Part shown: positions 1 to 10,652 of the stretch, piece by piece | Layout of the letters: each line of letters starts with the position of its first letter | How positions within the stretch are numbered: the first letter of the stretch is position 1 | NCBI GenBank assembly: GCA_945927325.1 | Contig: CAMEMG010000002.1 | Span: 1,489 to 65,488 of the forward strand | DNA length: 64,000 bases | Direction: 5' to 3' | Source of the DNA: an uncultured Clostridia bacterium | Lineage (GTDB): Bacteria > Bacillota > Clostridia > Christensenellales > Christensenellaceae | Notes under the pieces: model-generated | What the model was told of the DNA's origin: nothing | Database searches by the model: none | The model's input: the letters and a program-made list of their open reading frames with translations, nothing else | Program-made: the position numbers and the translations under genes

Positions 1-795
1 CTCTCTGGCACGATCCGGGCGGAAATTGAAGAAAATCACTGAGTCTCCGCCTTGAATCCGTCCTACCGGGCAACCATTTTCCATAATTACTGTCGGCAAT
101 ACGAATTCGTCCAGCACGCCATTGGCATAGGATTGCTCCATTGCTGCCACCGGGCAGGTGTTTTGCTCGCCCTCCCCCTTTACCATGGCTGCATAAGCTT
201 TACTTACCCGTTCCCAACGATTATCGCGGTCCATTGCATAATACCGGCCACTGACTGTTGCTACCCGTCCGGTACCGATTCGTTCCAACCGTGCACACAG
301 GTCTTCCATATACGCTTTGCCGCTGTCCGGCGGAACATCTCTGCCATCCATAAAGCAATGAATATACACTTTTTCCAGACCATTCTGTGCGGCCAACTTT
401 ACCAAGGCTTCCAGATGATCGATATGGCTATGCACGCCACCGTCAGAAAGCAATCCCAACAGATGCAAAGCACTGCCATTTTTCTTCACATTCTCTACTG
501 CGCCGCAAAACGCTTCATTATTAAAGAAATCGCCATCGGAAATTGCCTTTGTAATGCGCGTCAATTCCTGATAAACAATACGGCCGGCTCCGATATTCAA
601 GTGCCCTACCTCGGAGTTACCCATCTGGCCATCCGGCAAGCCTACCGACAGGCCGGACGCACCAATATAAGTACACGGATATTCCTTTTTCAAGGCATCA
701 ATATTAGGCGTATTTGCCAATTGCACAGCATTTCCTTCTCGTTCACTTCTCTCACCAAATCCATCCAGAATCATGAGAGCGGTAAATTTTTTCAT
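1..795 (-). CDS. gpmI: 2,3-bisphosphoglycerate-independent phosphoglycerate mutase (partial, runs off left edge)
   Basis: Not in the ORF track (no stop in window). Manual translation from ATG 795: [14 protein letters not shown]...[26 protein letters not shown]...[15 protein letters not shown]. Follows tpiA. Confidence 0.95.
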   Translation of the reverse strand, partial: MKKFTALMILDGFGERSEREGNAVQLANTPNIDALKKEYPCTYIGASGLSVGLPDGQMGNSEVGHLNIGAGRIVYQELTRITKAISDGDFFNNEAFCGAVENVKKNGSALHLLGLLSDGGVHSHIDHLEALVKLAAQNGLEKVYIHCFMDGRDVPPDSGKAYMEDLCARLERIGTGRVATVSGRYYAMDRDNRWERVSKAYAAMVKGEGEQNTCPVAAMEQSYANGVLDEFVLPTVIMENGCPVGRIQGGDSVIFFNFRPDRARE

Positions 796-814
796 AGTTT
801 CTCCTTTAATTCGC

Positions 815-1561
815 TCAGTATTTTACGACTTTGGAGAAATCCTCTGCTTTCAAGCTGGCTCCGCCAATCAGGCCGCCATCGATTTCGCTCTGCGCCATCA
901 ATTCGGAAGCATTTTTGGGATTCATGCTGCCACCATACTGGATTCGTACCTTCTGCGCCGCTTCTTCACCATAAACCTGAGCAATTGCCCTGCGGATCGC
1001 GCCAATGGTCGCATTTGCTTCCTGTGCCGTTGCCGTTTTGCCAGTACCGATCGCCCAAATAGGCTCATAGGCAATTACCAACTGTTCCAACTGTTCTGCT
1101 TCAATCTCTTTTAAAGCCAGCTTAGTCTGCATGCCGACCAATTCATCGGTAATTCCGTTTTCCCGCTCTGCCAAGCTCTCACCGACACAGATAATGGGCT
1201 TCAAGCCTGCTGCCAAAGCCGCTCTTGCTCTCTTATTGACTGTGCAGTCGGTTTCGCCAAAATACTGACGGCGCTCGCTATGCCCGATAATGACATATTC
1301 CACACCCATAGCCAGCAACATATCTGCGGAAATTTCACCTGTAAAGGCACCGCTCTTTTCAAAGTGCACATTCTGCGCACCCAGCTTAATATTGGTACCT
1401 TTGATTACTTTTCCCACTGCATCCAGGCAGACAAAGGGCGGGCAAACTACAACTTCCGCCTCTGCATCCGCCACCAATGGCACCAATGCCTTTACCAGTT
1501 CTTCCGCTTCAGCGGGTGTTTTATTCATTTTCCAGTTTCCTGCGATGATAGGTCTTCTCAT
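815..1561 (-). CDS. tpiA: Triosephosphate isomerase
   Basis: [32 protein letters not shown] motifs; GGAGGA SD upstream of ATG 1561. Confidence 0.97.
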   Translation of the reverse strand: MRRPIIAGNWKMNKTPAEAEELVKALVPLVADAEAEVVVCPPFVCLDAVGKVIKGTNIKLGAQNVHFEKSGAFTGEISADMLLAMGVEYVIIGHSERRQYFGETDCTVNKRARAALAAGLKPIICVGESLAERENGITDELVGMQTKLALKEIEAEQLEQLVIAYEPIWAIGTGKTATAQEANATIGAIRRAIAQVYGEEAAQKVRIQYGGSMNPKNASELMAQSEIDGGLIGGASLKAEDFSKVVKY

Positions 1562-1593
1562 GATATCCTCCAAATCCTGTAATTATAACTTGC

Positions 1594-2781
1594 TTATTCC
1601 TTATCGTTCAGCGCAGCAATGCCGGGAAGCACTTTGCCTTCCAGGAATTCCAGAGAAGCGCCGCCGCCGGTAGAGATATGGCTCATCTTGTCGCCATAAC
1701 CCAGGCTCTTCACTGCCGCAGCAGAATCGCCGCCGCCGATAATCGTTGTTGCATCTTTCACGTTTGCCATTGCTTCTGCAACCGCTTTGGTGCCGCCGGC
1801 AAAAGAGCTCATTTCTGCCACACCCATCGGTCCGTTCCAAATAATTGTCTTTGCCTTATTGATTTCTTCAGCAAAAATCATACGTGTAGAAGCGCCGATA
1901 TCCAGAGCCATATAGCCATCAGGGATATTTTCCACAGGTACCATGACCGTCTTGGCATCATTATCAAACTGATCCGCAGCCACTACATCGCTGGGCAGCA
2001 AAATCTTGACACCTAAAGTCTTCGCCTTTTTGAGCAGTTCTTTTGCAGTCCCGATGCTATCCTGATCAACCAGCGAATTCTTCATGTTGATTTCCTGTGC
2101 TGCCAGGAAAGTATTAGCCATGCCGCCGCCGATAATCAGGCTGTCAACCTTATTGAACAGATTTTCGATTACACCAATCTTATCCGCAATTTTTGCACCA
2201 CCCAGAATAGCAACAAAAGGCCGCTGAGGATTTTCAACCGCATTGCCCAGGAACTGAAGTTCCTTTTCAATGAGGAAACCGGCCACTGCCGGCAGATATT
2301 CCGCTACTGCAGCTGTAGAAGCATGTGCTCTGTGCACCGCACCAAAAGCATCATCCACATAAATATCGCCATAGCTTGCCAGCTTCTTGGCAAATTCAGG
2401 GTCATTCTTAGTCTCTTCTTTATGGAAACGCAGGTTTTCCAGCAAGACAACTTCGCCATTCTGCATATTGGCGACTGCTGCATCCGCGCTTTCTCCAACT
2501 ACGTCAGTAGCAAAAGTCACCTTATTGGGCAGCAGCCCCTGTAAACGGCGCGCCACCGGAGCCAACGAAAATTCCGGTTTGAATTCTCCCTTGGGTCTTC
2601 CCAGATGCGAGCAAAGTACAACCTTCGCATTCTGATTCAACAAATACTGAATGGTGGGCAAAGCTGCCTGAATACGCGTCTCATCCGTAATCTCACCATT
2701 TTTCAGCGGGACATTGAAGTCTACGCGGACAAGCACCCGTTTGCCTGCTACGTCGATATCCTTGATCGTTTTTTTATTCAT
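1594..2781 (-). CDS. pgk: Phosphoglycerate kinase
   Basis: [37 protein letters not shown]. Confidence 0.98.
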   Translation of the reverse strand: MNKKTIKDIDVAGKRVLVRVDFNVPLKNGEITDETRIQAALPTIQYLLNQNAKVVLCSHLGRPKGEFKPEFSLAPVARRLQGLLPNKVTFATDVVGESADAAVANMQNGEVVLLENLRFHKEETKNDPEFAKKLASYGDIYVDDAFGAVHRAHASTAAVAEYLPAVAGFLIEKELQFLGNAVENPQRPFVAILGGAKIADKIGVIENLFNKVDSLIIGGGMANTFLAAQEINMKNSLVDQDSIGTAKELLKKAKTLGVKILLPSDVVAADQFDNDAKTVMVPVENIPDGYMALDIGASTRMIFAEEINKAKTIIWNGPMGVAEMSSFAGGTKAVAEAMANVKDATTIIGGGDSAAAVKSLGYGDKMSHISTGGGASLEFLEGKVLPGIAALNDKE

Positions 2782-2870
2782 ATGCTTTTATACTCCTTTT
2801 TTTGTATAAAATTAGGATAACCATTTGTTTGAGGAGATATCTTACCAAAGATACCCATTCTCCAGTTTCT

Positions 2871-2899
2871 ATTTTAAATAGAAAGCCTTTTTCCGTCAA
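2871..2899 (-). promoter_or_regulatory. Putative sigmaA promoter of pgk-tpiA-gpmI
   Basis: TTGACG-17 nt-TAAAAT on minus strand. Confidence 0.6.
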
Positions 2900-2914
2900 T
2901 AAAATTTTCGTTTT

Positions 2915-3379
2915 TCAGCGCAGATCCGGATAACCCAACTGGCGTAATGCCTCATAAACTGCAATGGCAACCGAATTAGAAAGATTCAGAGAGCGCAAAG
3001 TATCCCGCATGGGAATGCGCACCGCTTCTTCCGGATGCCCATACACCAGATATTCCGGCAAACCGGCGCTTTCCTTGCCGAAAATCAGGTAATCTCCATC
3101 CCCGTAAGTCACTTCCGAATGCCGACGGGCAGCTTTGGTAGAAAAATACCAGAATCGGCCTTTTCCGCGATTTTGTTCTAAAAACGCATCCAGATTTTTA
3201 TATACCGTCAAATCCAATTTATCCCAATAATCCAGCCCCGCCCGCATCAAATGCTTCTCGTCGATAGAAAATCCCAGCGGTTCCACCAGATGCAGCCGCG
3301 CGCCCACCACTGCGCAGGTACGCGAAATATTACCTGTATTACCGGGGATTTCCGGTTCTACCAACACGATATTCAACAT
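2915..3379 (-). CDS. trmL: tRNA (cytidine/uridine-34-2'-O)-methyltransferase, SpoU family
   Basis: PEIPGNTGNI, RAGLDYW, FGKESAGLP, RSLNLSNS. Confidence 0.92.
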   Translation of the reverse strand: MLNIVLVEPEIPGNTGNISRTCAVVGARLHLVEPLGFSIDEKHLMRAGLDYWDKLDLTVYKNLDAFLEQNRGKGRFWYFSTKAARRHSEVTYGDGDYLIFGKESAGLPEYLVYGHPEEAVRIPMRDTLRSLNLSNSVAIAVYEALRQLGYPDLR

Positions 3380-3460
3380 AATAATCCGACTTGCTTCCTT
3401 CCGACTTATTTCAACAAAAACCCAAGCGCCCGTGCTCTGGCTTCTCCGTTCTTGTTTCTT

Positions 3461-4627
3461 TTATAAAGTGCCGATAAAATCCCGTATACGCTGCATTGCT
3501 TCCTGCAGATTGTCCATTGAGGTTGCATAAGAGCAGCGAATAAATCCTTCTCCGCTGGCTCCAAAAGCCGTTCCGGGGACGCATGCCACATGATGTTCCA
3601 AAATCAATCGGCGGCAAAACTCTTCAGAAGTCAAGCCTGTCCATGAAATATTGGGGAAAGCATAAAACGCACCCCGTGGCTCAAAACAGGAAAAGCCCAT
3701 CTCACGGAAACTTTGTACAACATATACTCTGCGGCGATTATAATTGCGCACCATTTCACGCACCTGATAGTAATCCTTCATCATTTCAGTGCGCAAAGCC
3801 TCTTCGCCGGCCTTTTGACTCATAATTGGTGCGCAAAGCATGGTATATTGATGGATTTTAAGCATCGCATCAATCACCGGTTTGGGACCTGCCGCATATC
3901 CCAGGCGCCAACCCGTCATAGCAAATGCTTTGGAAAATCCATTGATCAGCAATGTCCGGTCTTCAAATCCTTCGGCAAAGGAAACGTGATTGCGCCCATA
4001 AGTCAATTCCGCATAGATCTCATCGGCAATCACAAACAGATTGTGCTTCAGGGCAATATCCTGTATCGCAACAATATCCTCTGCAGAGAGTACCGCACCG
4101 GTGGGATTATTGGGGTACGGAATAACTAATACCTTGCTTTTGGGGGTAATGGCCCGTTCAATATGCTCCGGTTTTATTACAAAATCATCTTTCTCTTCCG
4201 TCACAATCGGAACACTGATGCCATGAGCAAAGCGCACGCCAGGTTCATAAGATACATAGGAAGGAGCAGGAATCAATACTTCATCTCCCGGATTCAGCAA
4301 GGCACGGAATGCCAGGTCCAAAGCTTCACTGGCACCTACTGTCACCAGCATCTGCTCCGGTTTGTAATGTACATTAAAACGCTCTGCAAGATACTTTTCA
4401 ATGAGGCTACGCAATTCCAGCGTACCGCTGTTGGAAGTATAATGCGTCTCCCCGCGTTCAATAGAATCGATCGCTGCCTGACATACGTTCCAGGGCGTAA
4501 CAAAATCCGGTTCCCCTACGCTCATGGAAATGACATCTTTCATGTCACTGGCAATATCAAAGAATTTGCGTATACCGGAAGGCGGCACCGCACTGACAGA
4601 TTCGGCAATTAACTGCTGTGTATTCAC
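3461..4627 (-). CDS. PLP-dependent aminotransferase class I/II (YugH/AlaT-like)
   Basis: PSGIRKFF, GEPDF, YPNNPTG, DEIY, GFSKAFAMTGWRLG; coupled to upstream Lrp gene. Confidence 0.88.
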   Translation of the reverse strand: MNTQQLIAESVSAVPPSGIRKFFDIASDMKDVISMSVGEPDFVTPWNVCQAAIDSIERGETHYTSNSGTLELRSLIEKYLAERFNVHYKPEQMLVTVGASEALDLAFRALLNPGDEVLIPAPSYVSYEPGVRFAHGISVPIVTEEKDDFVIKPEHIERAITPKSKVLVIPYPNNPTGAVLSAEDIVAIQDIALKHNLFVIADEIYAELTYGRNHVSFAEGFEDRTLLINGFSKAFAMTGWRLGYAAGPKPVIDAMLKIHQYTMLCAPIMSQKAGEEALRTEMMKDYYQVREMVRNYNRRRVYVVQSFREMGFSCFEPRGAFYAFPNISWTGLTSEEFCRRLILEHHVACVPGTAFGASGEGFIRCSYATSMDNLQEAMQRIRDFIGTL

Positions 4628-5115
4628 GGAGTTACCACCAATCTGCTTTGTTTCTCAACCTTATCAAAAACAACGCCGTTTTCTTTATATTTACGCATAA
4701 TAAACAAAGTCTCCGTGCTGCGCACTCCTTCCAGCACAGAAAGTTTTTCCCAGACGAATTTTGATATTTCCTTCATCGTTCTTGCTTCTACGCGAATAGA
4801 AAGATCATATCTGCCTGACATCAAATACAGTGCTTTTACTTCAGAAAAACGATAAATACGCCGCGCAATATCTTCATAGCCGAAATCCAGCTTTGGTTCC
4901 ACTTTGATTTCAATCATAGCTTCCGCGGGGGCGTGTTCTCCCATAGCTTCGGAATTGAGAATTGCGCTATATTTCATAATAATCCCCTGCGCTTTCAATT
5001 CGGCGATGGCAGCAGCCACTTGCTCTTCTGCTATGCCCAGCATGGCGGCGATGGTCTGGTTGCTGATGGTTGCATCATCACGTAGGATTTCCAGTATTTC
5101 GTGCTTGATATCCAT
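4624..5115 (-). CDS. Lrp/AsnC family transcriptional regulator (YugG/AlaR-like)
   Basis: N-terminal HTH, YLMSGRYDL ligand domain; 4-nt overlap with the aminotransferase. Confidence 0.88.
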   Translation of the reverse strand: MDIKHEILEILRDDATISNQTIAAMLGIAEEQVAAAIAELKAQGIIMKYSAILNSEAMGEHAPAEAMIEIKVEPKLDFGYEDIARRIYRFSEVKALYLMSGRYDLSIRVEARTMKEISKFVWEKLSVLEGVRSTETLFIMRKYKENGVVFDKVEKQSRLVVTP

Positions 5116-5226
5116 ATTTGCCTCCCTTAAACAGTAATTGAATTATATTAGTATAGTATATAACATTCCTCTATGGAAATCAAACAAAAGCGGCACGCTT
5201 TTTCCGTGCCGCCCTTATTTGCGCTT

Positions 5227-6621
5227 TCAGCAATTTTCCTTGAATTTACGATACTGTTCAGCATCCGCCGCTTCCACCATTGCTTCCAGTTCCGCATCTG
5301 AAAACATGGTATTCCGGCCTTCTGCATAGCTGCCATCCATGATTTGCCGGACCTTTTCCACCAGCTCGCTGCGCTTATCCACACACAGTTCCTGAGGCAG
5401 ATTAAAGTGCGTATTAATCCAATAAGCAATACTGGCCACTCCGGAATGTTCTCCCAGCATCACGCCCACCGGCCGGTTCAAGATTTTCTTGGTATCAAAA
5501 ATGTTATAAATTTCCTCATCCTTGAGTATTCCATCCGCATGGATACCTGCACGGGTAGAATTAAAATCCGATCCCACAAAAGGTGTTTTTGGATCGATCT
5601 TATATCCGATTTCCTTTTGGAAATAATCAGCAATCTCAGTAATCACTTCCAGACGCATTCCGCCGTCGTTTCCAATCAGCTGCGCATATTCCATAGCCAT
5701 CGCTTCCAACGGGCAATTGCCGGTGCGCTCCCCGATTCCCAAAAGCGAACAGTTAACGCCGGAGGCTCCATATAACCAGGCCGTCGCTGCATTGACTACA
5801 ACTTTATGGAAATCGTTATGGCCATGCCACTCCAGCAATTGGGAAGGCACGCCGGCATAAAAACGCAATCCATATACAATACCTGCCACACTTCTCGGCA
5901 AAGCTGCTCCCGGATAAGGCACTCCATATCCCATCGTATCGCACATACGAATTTTAATCGGCACGCCCGTCTCCTGCATAATGCGCATTAATTCAGTCAC
6001 AAAAGGCACTACAAAACCGTAGAAATCAGCTCTTGTAATATCCTCAAGGTGGCACCGGGGGCGAATACCATAGGATATTGCATCCTTCACAATTCCCAGA
6101 TATTTATCCATCGCCTGCCGCCGCGTCAAGCCCATCTTATTGAAAATATGATAATCAGAGCAGGAAACAAGAATTCCCGTCTCCTGAATACCTATGCGCT
6201 TTACCAACTCAAAATCATTTTTGCTGGCCCGAATCCAAGTCGTAATTTCCGGAAAATCGTAATCCATCTCCATACACTTTTCCAGCGCCTTGCGATCCTT
6301 TTCCGTATATACAAAAAATTCACTCTGACGAATCACGCCACGCTTGCCGCCCAGCTTATGCATCAATTTATAGAGATGTAAAATCTGGTCTGCCGTAAAA
6401 GGCTGCATAGCCTGCTGGCCATCACGAAAAGTTGTATCTGTAATCCAGATATGATCCGGGAAATGCATAGGAACCAATCTGTGATTAAATCGTGTCTTAG
6501 GTACCTGATCATAAGGGAAACTATCCCGGAACAGCACAGGCTGTTCCACATCCTGCAGATTATAGTAATAGTCATGTTCCTGCAGGAGATTCGTTCTTCT
6601 ATACTGTTTTTCTACATTCAT
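5227..6621 (-). CDS. Probable Re-citrate synthase (DRE-TIM metallolyase, LeuA/HCS superfamily)
   Basis: ITDTTFRDGQQ, HLEDITRAD, HGHNDF, GIGERTGN, TRAGIHADG; no LeuA regulatory domain; pattern recalled from clostridial Re-citrate synthases. Confidence 0.75.
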   Translation of the reverse strand: MNVEKQYRRTNLLQEHDYYYNLQDVEQPVLFRDSFPYDQVPKTRFNHRLVPMHFPDHIWITDTTFRDGQQAMQPFTADQILHLYKLMHKLGGKRGVIRQSEFFVYTEKDRKALEKCMEMDYDFPEITTWIRASKNDFELVKRIGIQETGILVSCSDYHIFNKMGLTRRQAMDKYLGIVKDAISYGIRPRCHLEDITRADFYGFVVPFVTELMRIMQETGVPIKIRMCDTMGYGVPYPGAALPRSVAGIVYGLRFYAGVPSQLLEWHGHNDFHKVVVNAATAWLYGASGVNCSLLGIGERTGNCPLEAMAMEYAQLIGNDGGMRLEVITEIADYFQKEIGYKIDPKTPFVGSDFNSTRAGIHADGILKDEEIYNIFDTKKILNRPVGVMLGEHSGVASIAYWINTHFNLPQELCVDKRSELVEKVRQIMDGSYAEGRNTMFSDAELEAMVEAADAEQYRKFKENC

Positions 6622-6631
6622 ATTACAATCC

Positions 6632-7822
6632 TCAATTCAATTCACCAAAAAATTCTCTGATTCTGCCAATTCCCTTTTTAATATTCTCTTCGGAAGTTGC
6701 ATAAGAAAGGCGCATATACCCTTCTGCCCCAAAGGCTATTCCGGGAACTACAGCCACCAGCTTTTCCTTCAGCAGCAGCTCTGCAAACTGCACAGAATTT
6801 TCAATCCGCACGCCCCGATAACATTTCCCAAATGCGCTTTTAATATTAGGCAGGACATAAAATGCTCCCGCAGGCATTTGGCAGCTCACTCCGGGGATTT
6901 CATTCAACAGCTGATAAATCAGCTTTGCCCTTGCAGCAAAAGCAGTCACCATTTCCTTCATATCATCTTTAGGCCCAAGCAGCGCTGCCAATGCCGCATG
7001 TTGGGAAATAGAGCTGGGGTTCGAGGAACTATGGCTCTGGTAGCTGGTCATAACCTTTGCCAACGCCGGATCACTAATGGTATACCCCATCCGCCATCCG
7101 GTCATGGCAAACGCTTTGCTCATGCCGTTTACAATAACCGTTCTTTCTTTTGCATCCTCGGAGATACCGGCAATAGAAATCATATCACCCTGATAGCACA
7201 ATACATCATAGATTTCATCCGATACAATCACCAAATCATATTTCTGCGCAATTTGCGCAATTTCTTCCAAACTTTCACGGGAGTAAACATTGCCGCAGGG
7301 GTTGGAAGGGTTGTTGACAATAATTGCCCGTGTCCGTTCTGTAACCGCTTCTTCAATTTTGGAAATATCCGGCTGAAAATGATCTTCTTCCTTGGCTTCT
7401 ACAATTACAGGTGTACCCGAAGCCATTTTTACCAATTCCGGATAGGTTACCCAATAAGGGGAAATGATGATTACCTCATCACCCGGATCCAGAATAGCCT
7501 GAAAGATATTATAGAGAGATTGTTTTGCTCCATTGGAAACTACAACGTTAGCAGCTGTATAAGAAAGTCCATAAACCTGGCGATAACGTTCCGCTATGGC
7601 TTCGCGCAACTCCATAATACCAGGAACCGGCGTATATTTCGTATAACCTCTGTCGATGGCCGCTTTAGCCGCTTCTTTTATATAAACTGGGGTATCGAAA
7701 TCAGGCTCTCCCACTCCAAAGCTGACAACATCCTGTCCTTGTGCTTTCATTTCTTTGGAAAGTGTGTCAATACCCAAAGTGAGAGATGGGGAAATACCCA
7801 TTGCCTTTTTAGAAAATTTCAT
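6632..7822 (-). CDS. Aspartate aminotransferase-type PLP enzyme (class I)
   Basis: GEPDFDTP, GAKQS, NNPSNPCG, SDEIY, SKAFAMTGWRMGY, RLSYA. Confidence 0.88.
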   Translation of the reverse strand: MKFSKKAMGISPSLTLGIDTLSKEMKAQGQDVVSFGVGEPDFDTPVYIKEAAKAAIDRGYTKYTPVPGIMELREAIAERYRQVYGLSYTAANVVVSNGAKQSLYNIFQAILDPGDEVIIISPYWVTYPELVKMASGTPVIVEAKEEDHFQPDISKIEEAVTERTRAIIVNNPSNPCGNVYSRESLEEIAQIAQKYDLVIVSDEIYDVLCYQGDMISIAGISEDAKERTVIVNGMSKAFAMTGWRMGYTISDPALAKVMTSYQSHSSSNPSSISQHAALAALLGPKDDMKEMVTAFAARAKLIYQLLNEIPGVSCQMPAGAFYVLPNIKSAFGKCYRGVRIENSVQFAELLLKEKLVAVVPGIAFGAEGYMRLSYATSEENIKKGIGRIREFFGELN

Positions 7823-8150
7823 ATCTATGATCCTCCAACCATGTAATGTCTACGCAATGTAACACCAATAATAATACACCGTTCTTATAAATGCAAGCCT
7901 TTTTTGCATATTTTATCTTCAAAAATTGCAAAAAGTTCCGATTTTTATTTTTAATTGCATTTTATCATCTCATTTTTGAATGAAATCTTCTCATTTTTTT
8001 GCATTCTTTTCATTTTCTTTGTTCATAAACAATAACTTTCACTATAGCAGTTCTATCGAAAACAAACGACTTCAACAGCTTTATAACAGCTTTTACGGCA
8101 TTTGATAAAAAGTGTATAGGCCCTGCTTCCACCTCCTCTCCTCCACATAG

Positions 8151-8190
8151 TTGACAAGCCTGTTTTGATTGTATATATTATATATATACA
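8151..8190 (+). promoter_or_regulatory. sigmaA promoter overlapped by YtrA-type operator
   Basis: TTGACA (8151-56)-17 nt-TATATT (8174-79); TGTA-N13-TACA at 8170-8190, the spacing known for YtrA-subfamily GntR operators. Confidence 0.7.
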
Positions 8191-8210
8191 GTAGATACGG
8201 GGTGTGTATT

Positions 8211-8582
8211 TTGGATTTATGGATTAACAATAAAAGTGGAGCTCCGATTTATGAGCAGATTTATTTACAGATCAAATCGCAGATTATCAATGGTACGTTG
8301 CAGGAAGATGCCGCCCTGCCTTCCATCAGAAATCTGGCCAAAGATTTGCGAATCAGTGTTATTACCACCAAACGGGCATATGATGAGTTGGAAAAGGATG
8401 GATTTATTTACACTGTTGCCGGAAAGGGGTGCTTTGTCGCTCCCAAAAATGTCGAGCTGCTGAGAGAAGAAAATCTCAAAAAGATAGAAGCATATATTGA
8501 AGAAATTATGCGGCTCGCCGCTTCCTGTAATCTCGAAAAATCCGACATCATTGAGATGATCCATTGCATAACGGAGGAATGA
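8211..8582 (+). CDS. GntR family regulator, YtrA subfamily
   Basis: PIYEQI, LPSIRNLA, TTKRAYDELE, GKGCFV; probable TTG start at 8211. Confidence 0.9.
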   Translation: MDLWINNKSGAPIYEQIYLQIKSQIINGTLQEDAALPSIRNLAKDLRISVITTKRAYDELEKDGFIYTVAGKGCFVAPKNVELLREENLKKIEAYIEEIMRLAASCNLEKSDIIEMIHCITEE

Positions 8583-8584
8583 AT

Positions 8585-9433
8585 ATGCATGCAATCGAAA
8601 TCAGACATTTATCCAAATCATATAAAGATTTCACACTGGAAGATGTTTCGTTAACCCTTCCGCAGGGATGTATTATGGGGTTGATAGGTGAAAACGGTGC
8701 CGGCAAAAGCACTGTCATCAAACTCATCCTCAACATGATCGAAAAAGATGAGGGCACCATCTCCCTCTTTGGCAAAGACCATCAGGATAGTATCCATTTA
8801 GCAAAAGAAGAGATCGGCGTCGTGCTCGACGAAGTTGGTCTGCCGGGATGTCTGACCCCTGTCCAGATCGGCAAGGTGATGCGGCATGTATTTCAGCATT
8901 GGGATGATGCTGAATATACCAGATACCTTACAACTTTTGATTTACCCAGGCATCAAAAATTTAAAGAATTCTCCCGTGGAATGAAAATGAAGTTGGGAAT
9001 TGCCATCGCACTGAGTCACCATCCGAAGCTGCTCATTTTAGATGAAGCAACTTCCGGGCTCGACCCTGTCATCCGAGATGAGATACTGGATATTTTCAAT
9101 GAATTCACCCGGGATGAAACTCATTCCATACTGATCTCTTCTCATATTGTCAGTGATTTGGAGAAGATCTGTGATTATATTGCCTTCTTGCATCAAGGCA
9201 AACTGCTTTTGTGCGCTGAAAAAGATATGCTGAAAGCTGAATACTGCCTGATCCATTGCTCTGCCGCGCAGTTGGCGGAAATCCCCTCCGATGCTATCCA
9301 GGGTGTAAAGAAAAATATTTATGGGGCAGAGGCTATCGTCAGGCGTGATCAAGTACCTACAGACATGGAAATCCATCCGATCGACATTGAACAACTGTTC
9401 ATATTTATGGCAAAGGAGACAGATATATCATGA
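8585..9433 (+). CDS. ABC transporter ATP-binding protein (YtrB-like)
   Basis: Walker A GENGAGKS, FSRGMK signature, LILDE, ISSH; GGAGG SD 7 nt before ATG 8585. Confidence 0.92.
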   Translation: MHAIEIRHLSKSYKDFTLEDVSLTLPQGCIMGLIGENGAGKSTVIKLILNMIEKDEGTISLFGKDHQDSIHLAKEEIGVVLDEVGLPGCLTPVQIGKVMRHVFQHWDDAEYTRYLTTFDLPRHQKFKEFSRGMKMKLGIAIALSHHPKLLILDEATSGLDPVIRDEILDIFNEFTRDETHSILISSHIVSDLEKICDYIAFLHQGKLLLCAEKDMLKAEYCLIHCSAAQLAEIPSDAIQGVKKNIYGAEAIVRRDQVPTDMEIHPIDIEQLFIFMAKETDIS

Positions 9434-10047
9434 AAGGACTTTTACTGAAAGACTACTATACAGCAAAGAATTATCTTCGTTCTTTATTTTTGGTCGCATT
9501 CGTTTTTATCGCAGCTTCCTTTTTTAACGATTATGTGTTTTTTCTTTACTATCCATGCATTTTTTCCAGTACCGCTGCTATGACTCTGATTTCCTATGAA
9601 GAAAAGGATCGGTGGAACATCTATGCGGAAACGCTTCCCTGCAGCAGAGTGCAGATCGTATCTTGCAAATACATAGTCAGTCTCATTTTTGGTACCTTAA
9701 CTGCCATCGCACTTCTTTTCGTGCAGACTGCTGCCATGTTATACCGGAAAACATTTGCTTTCGGCCAAATCGCAGAATTAGCCTTAAACTTTATTCCCCT
9801 GTTGCTATTGCCATCGGCCATTCTTTTACCGCCCGTTTATAAATTCGGTGCAGAAAAAGGGCGTATTGCATATTACATTATAATCGGCAGTTTTTGCGCT
9901 ATCCTTGGCATTTGGAATCCGTCTGAAGGCATTCCTGCGTTTTCCTTCACGCCTGCCATAAATCTCATTGTCGGAATTGCTTCCATCCTCCTTTTCGGAA
10001 TATCATGGATCCTATCCATCAAACTTTATCAAAAACGCGAATTGTAA
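9430..10047 (+). CDS. ABC-2 type permease
   Basis: About 6 hydrophobic segments, TLPCSR..IV..KY motif; ATGA overlap with the ATPase. Confidence 0.85.
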   Translation: MKGLLLKDYYTAKNYLRSLFLVAFVFIAASFFNDYVFFLYYPCIFSSTAAMTLISYEEKDRWNIYAETLPCSRVQIVSCKYIVSLIFGTLTAIALLFVQTAAMLYRKTFAFGQIAELALNFIPLLLLPSAILLPPVYKFGAEKGRIAYYIIIGSFCAILGIWNPSEGIPAFSFTPAINLIVGIASILLFGISWILSIKLYQKREL

Positions 10048-10057
10048 ACAGCATAAT

Positions 10058-10089
10058 AAAACGGCATGATTCTGATATCATGCCGTTTT
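10058..10089. terminator. Bidirectional intrinsic terminator
   Basis: AAAACGGCATGAT-loop-ATCATGCCGTTTT between convergent genes. Confidence 0.75.
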
Positions 10090-10124
10090 CGTTTACTCAA
10101 GTTTCATTCCAAAAGGATTTTTGC

Positions 10125-10613
10125 TTATTCCGATTGAACAGTTTCTTCCTGTTGCGGAAGTTCCAACATAGAAGTGCAGTGTGGACAGCGAGTTGCGTCC
10201 TCTGCAATTTCGCTTCTGCAATAGGGGCACAGCCGCTTCTCCTTCTCTTCCTCCTGCGGTTCGTTCTTCTTTGCACGTTCCCGCAGAGTGCTGATAGTCT
10301 TGGTCACAGCAAAAATCACCAACGCAATCAGCAGGAAGTTAATAATGGCCGCAATAAAAGAACCATATTTGAGCATTGCCGGCGTCTTTCCTGCATCAAT
10401 TGCTGCCTGAATTGCCTCATCACTGGCCAGCTTAATCGTCAACGATGAAAAATCCAGGCCGCCCGTCAATACACCCAACAGCGGCATGAAAATATCATTG
10501 ACCAAGGAGTTGACAATTGCGGTGAAGGCACTGCCGATGATAACACCGACAGCCATATCCAGCACATTGCCGCGCGAAATGAATGCTTTGAACTCTCCAA
10601 ATAATTTTTTCAT
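10125..10613 (-). CDS. mscL: Large-conductance mechanosensitive channel with C-terminal zinc ribbon
   Basis: EFKAFISRGNVLDMAVGVIIG, YGSFIAAIINF; CPYC...CPHC tail. Confidence 0.93.
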   Translation of the reverse strand: MKKLFGEFKAFISRGNVLDMAVGVIIGSAFTAIVNSLVNDIFMPLLGVLTGGLDFSSLTIKLASDEAIQAAIDAGKTPAMLKYGSFIAAIINFLLIALVIFAVTKTISTLRERAKKNEPQEEEKEKRLCPYCRSEIAEDATRCPHCTSMLELPQQEETVQSE

Positions 10614-10652
10614 CTTATTTTTCTCGCATTTCTGCCAAATTTTTCGGCAGAT

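Noticed and set aside
52-1062. 336-aa plus-strand ORF
   Set aside because: Antisense shadow of gpmI and tpiA; no recognisable motifs.
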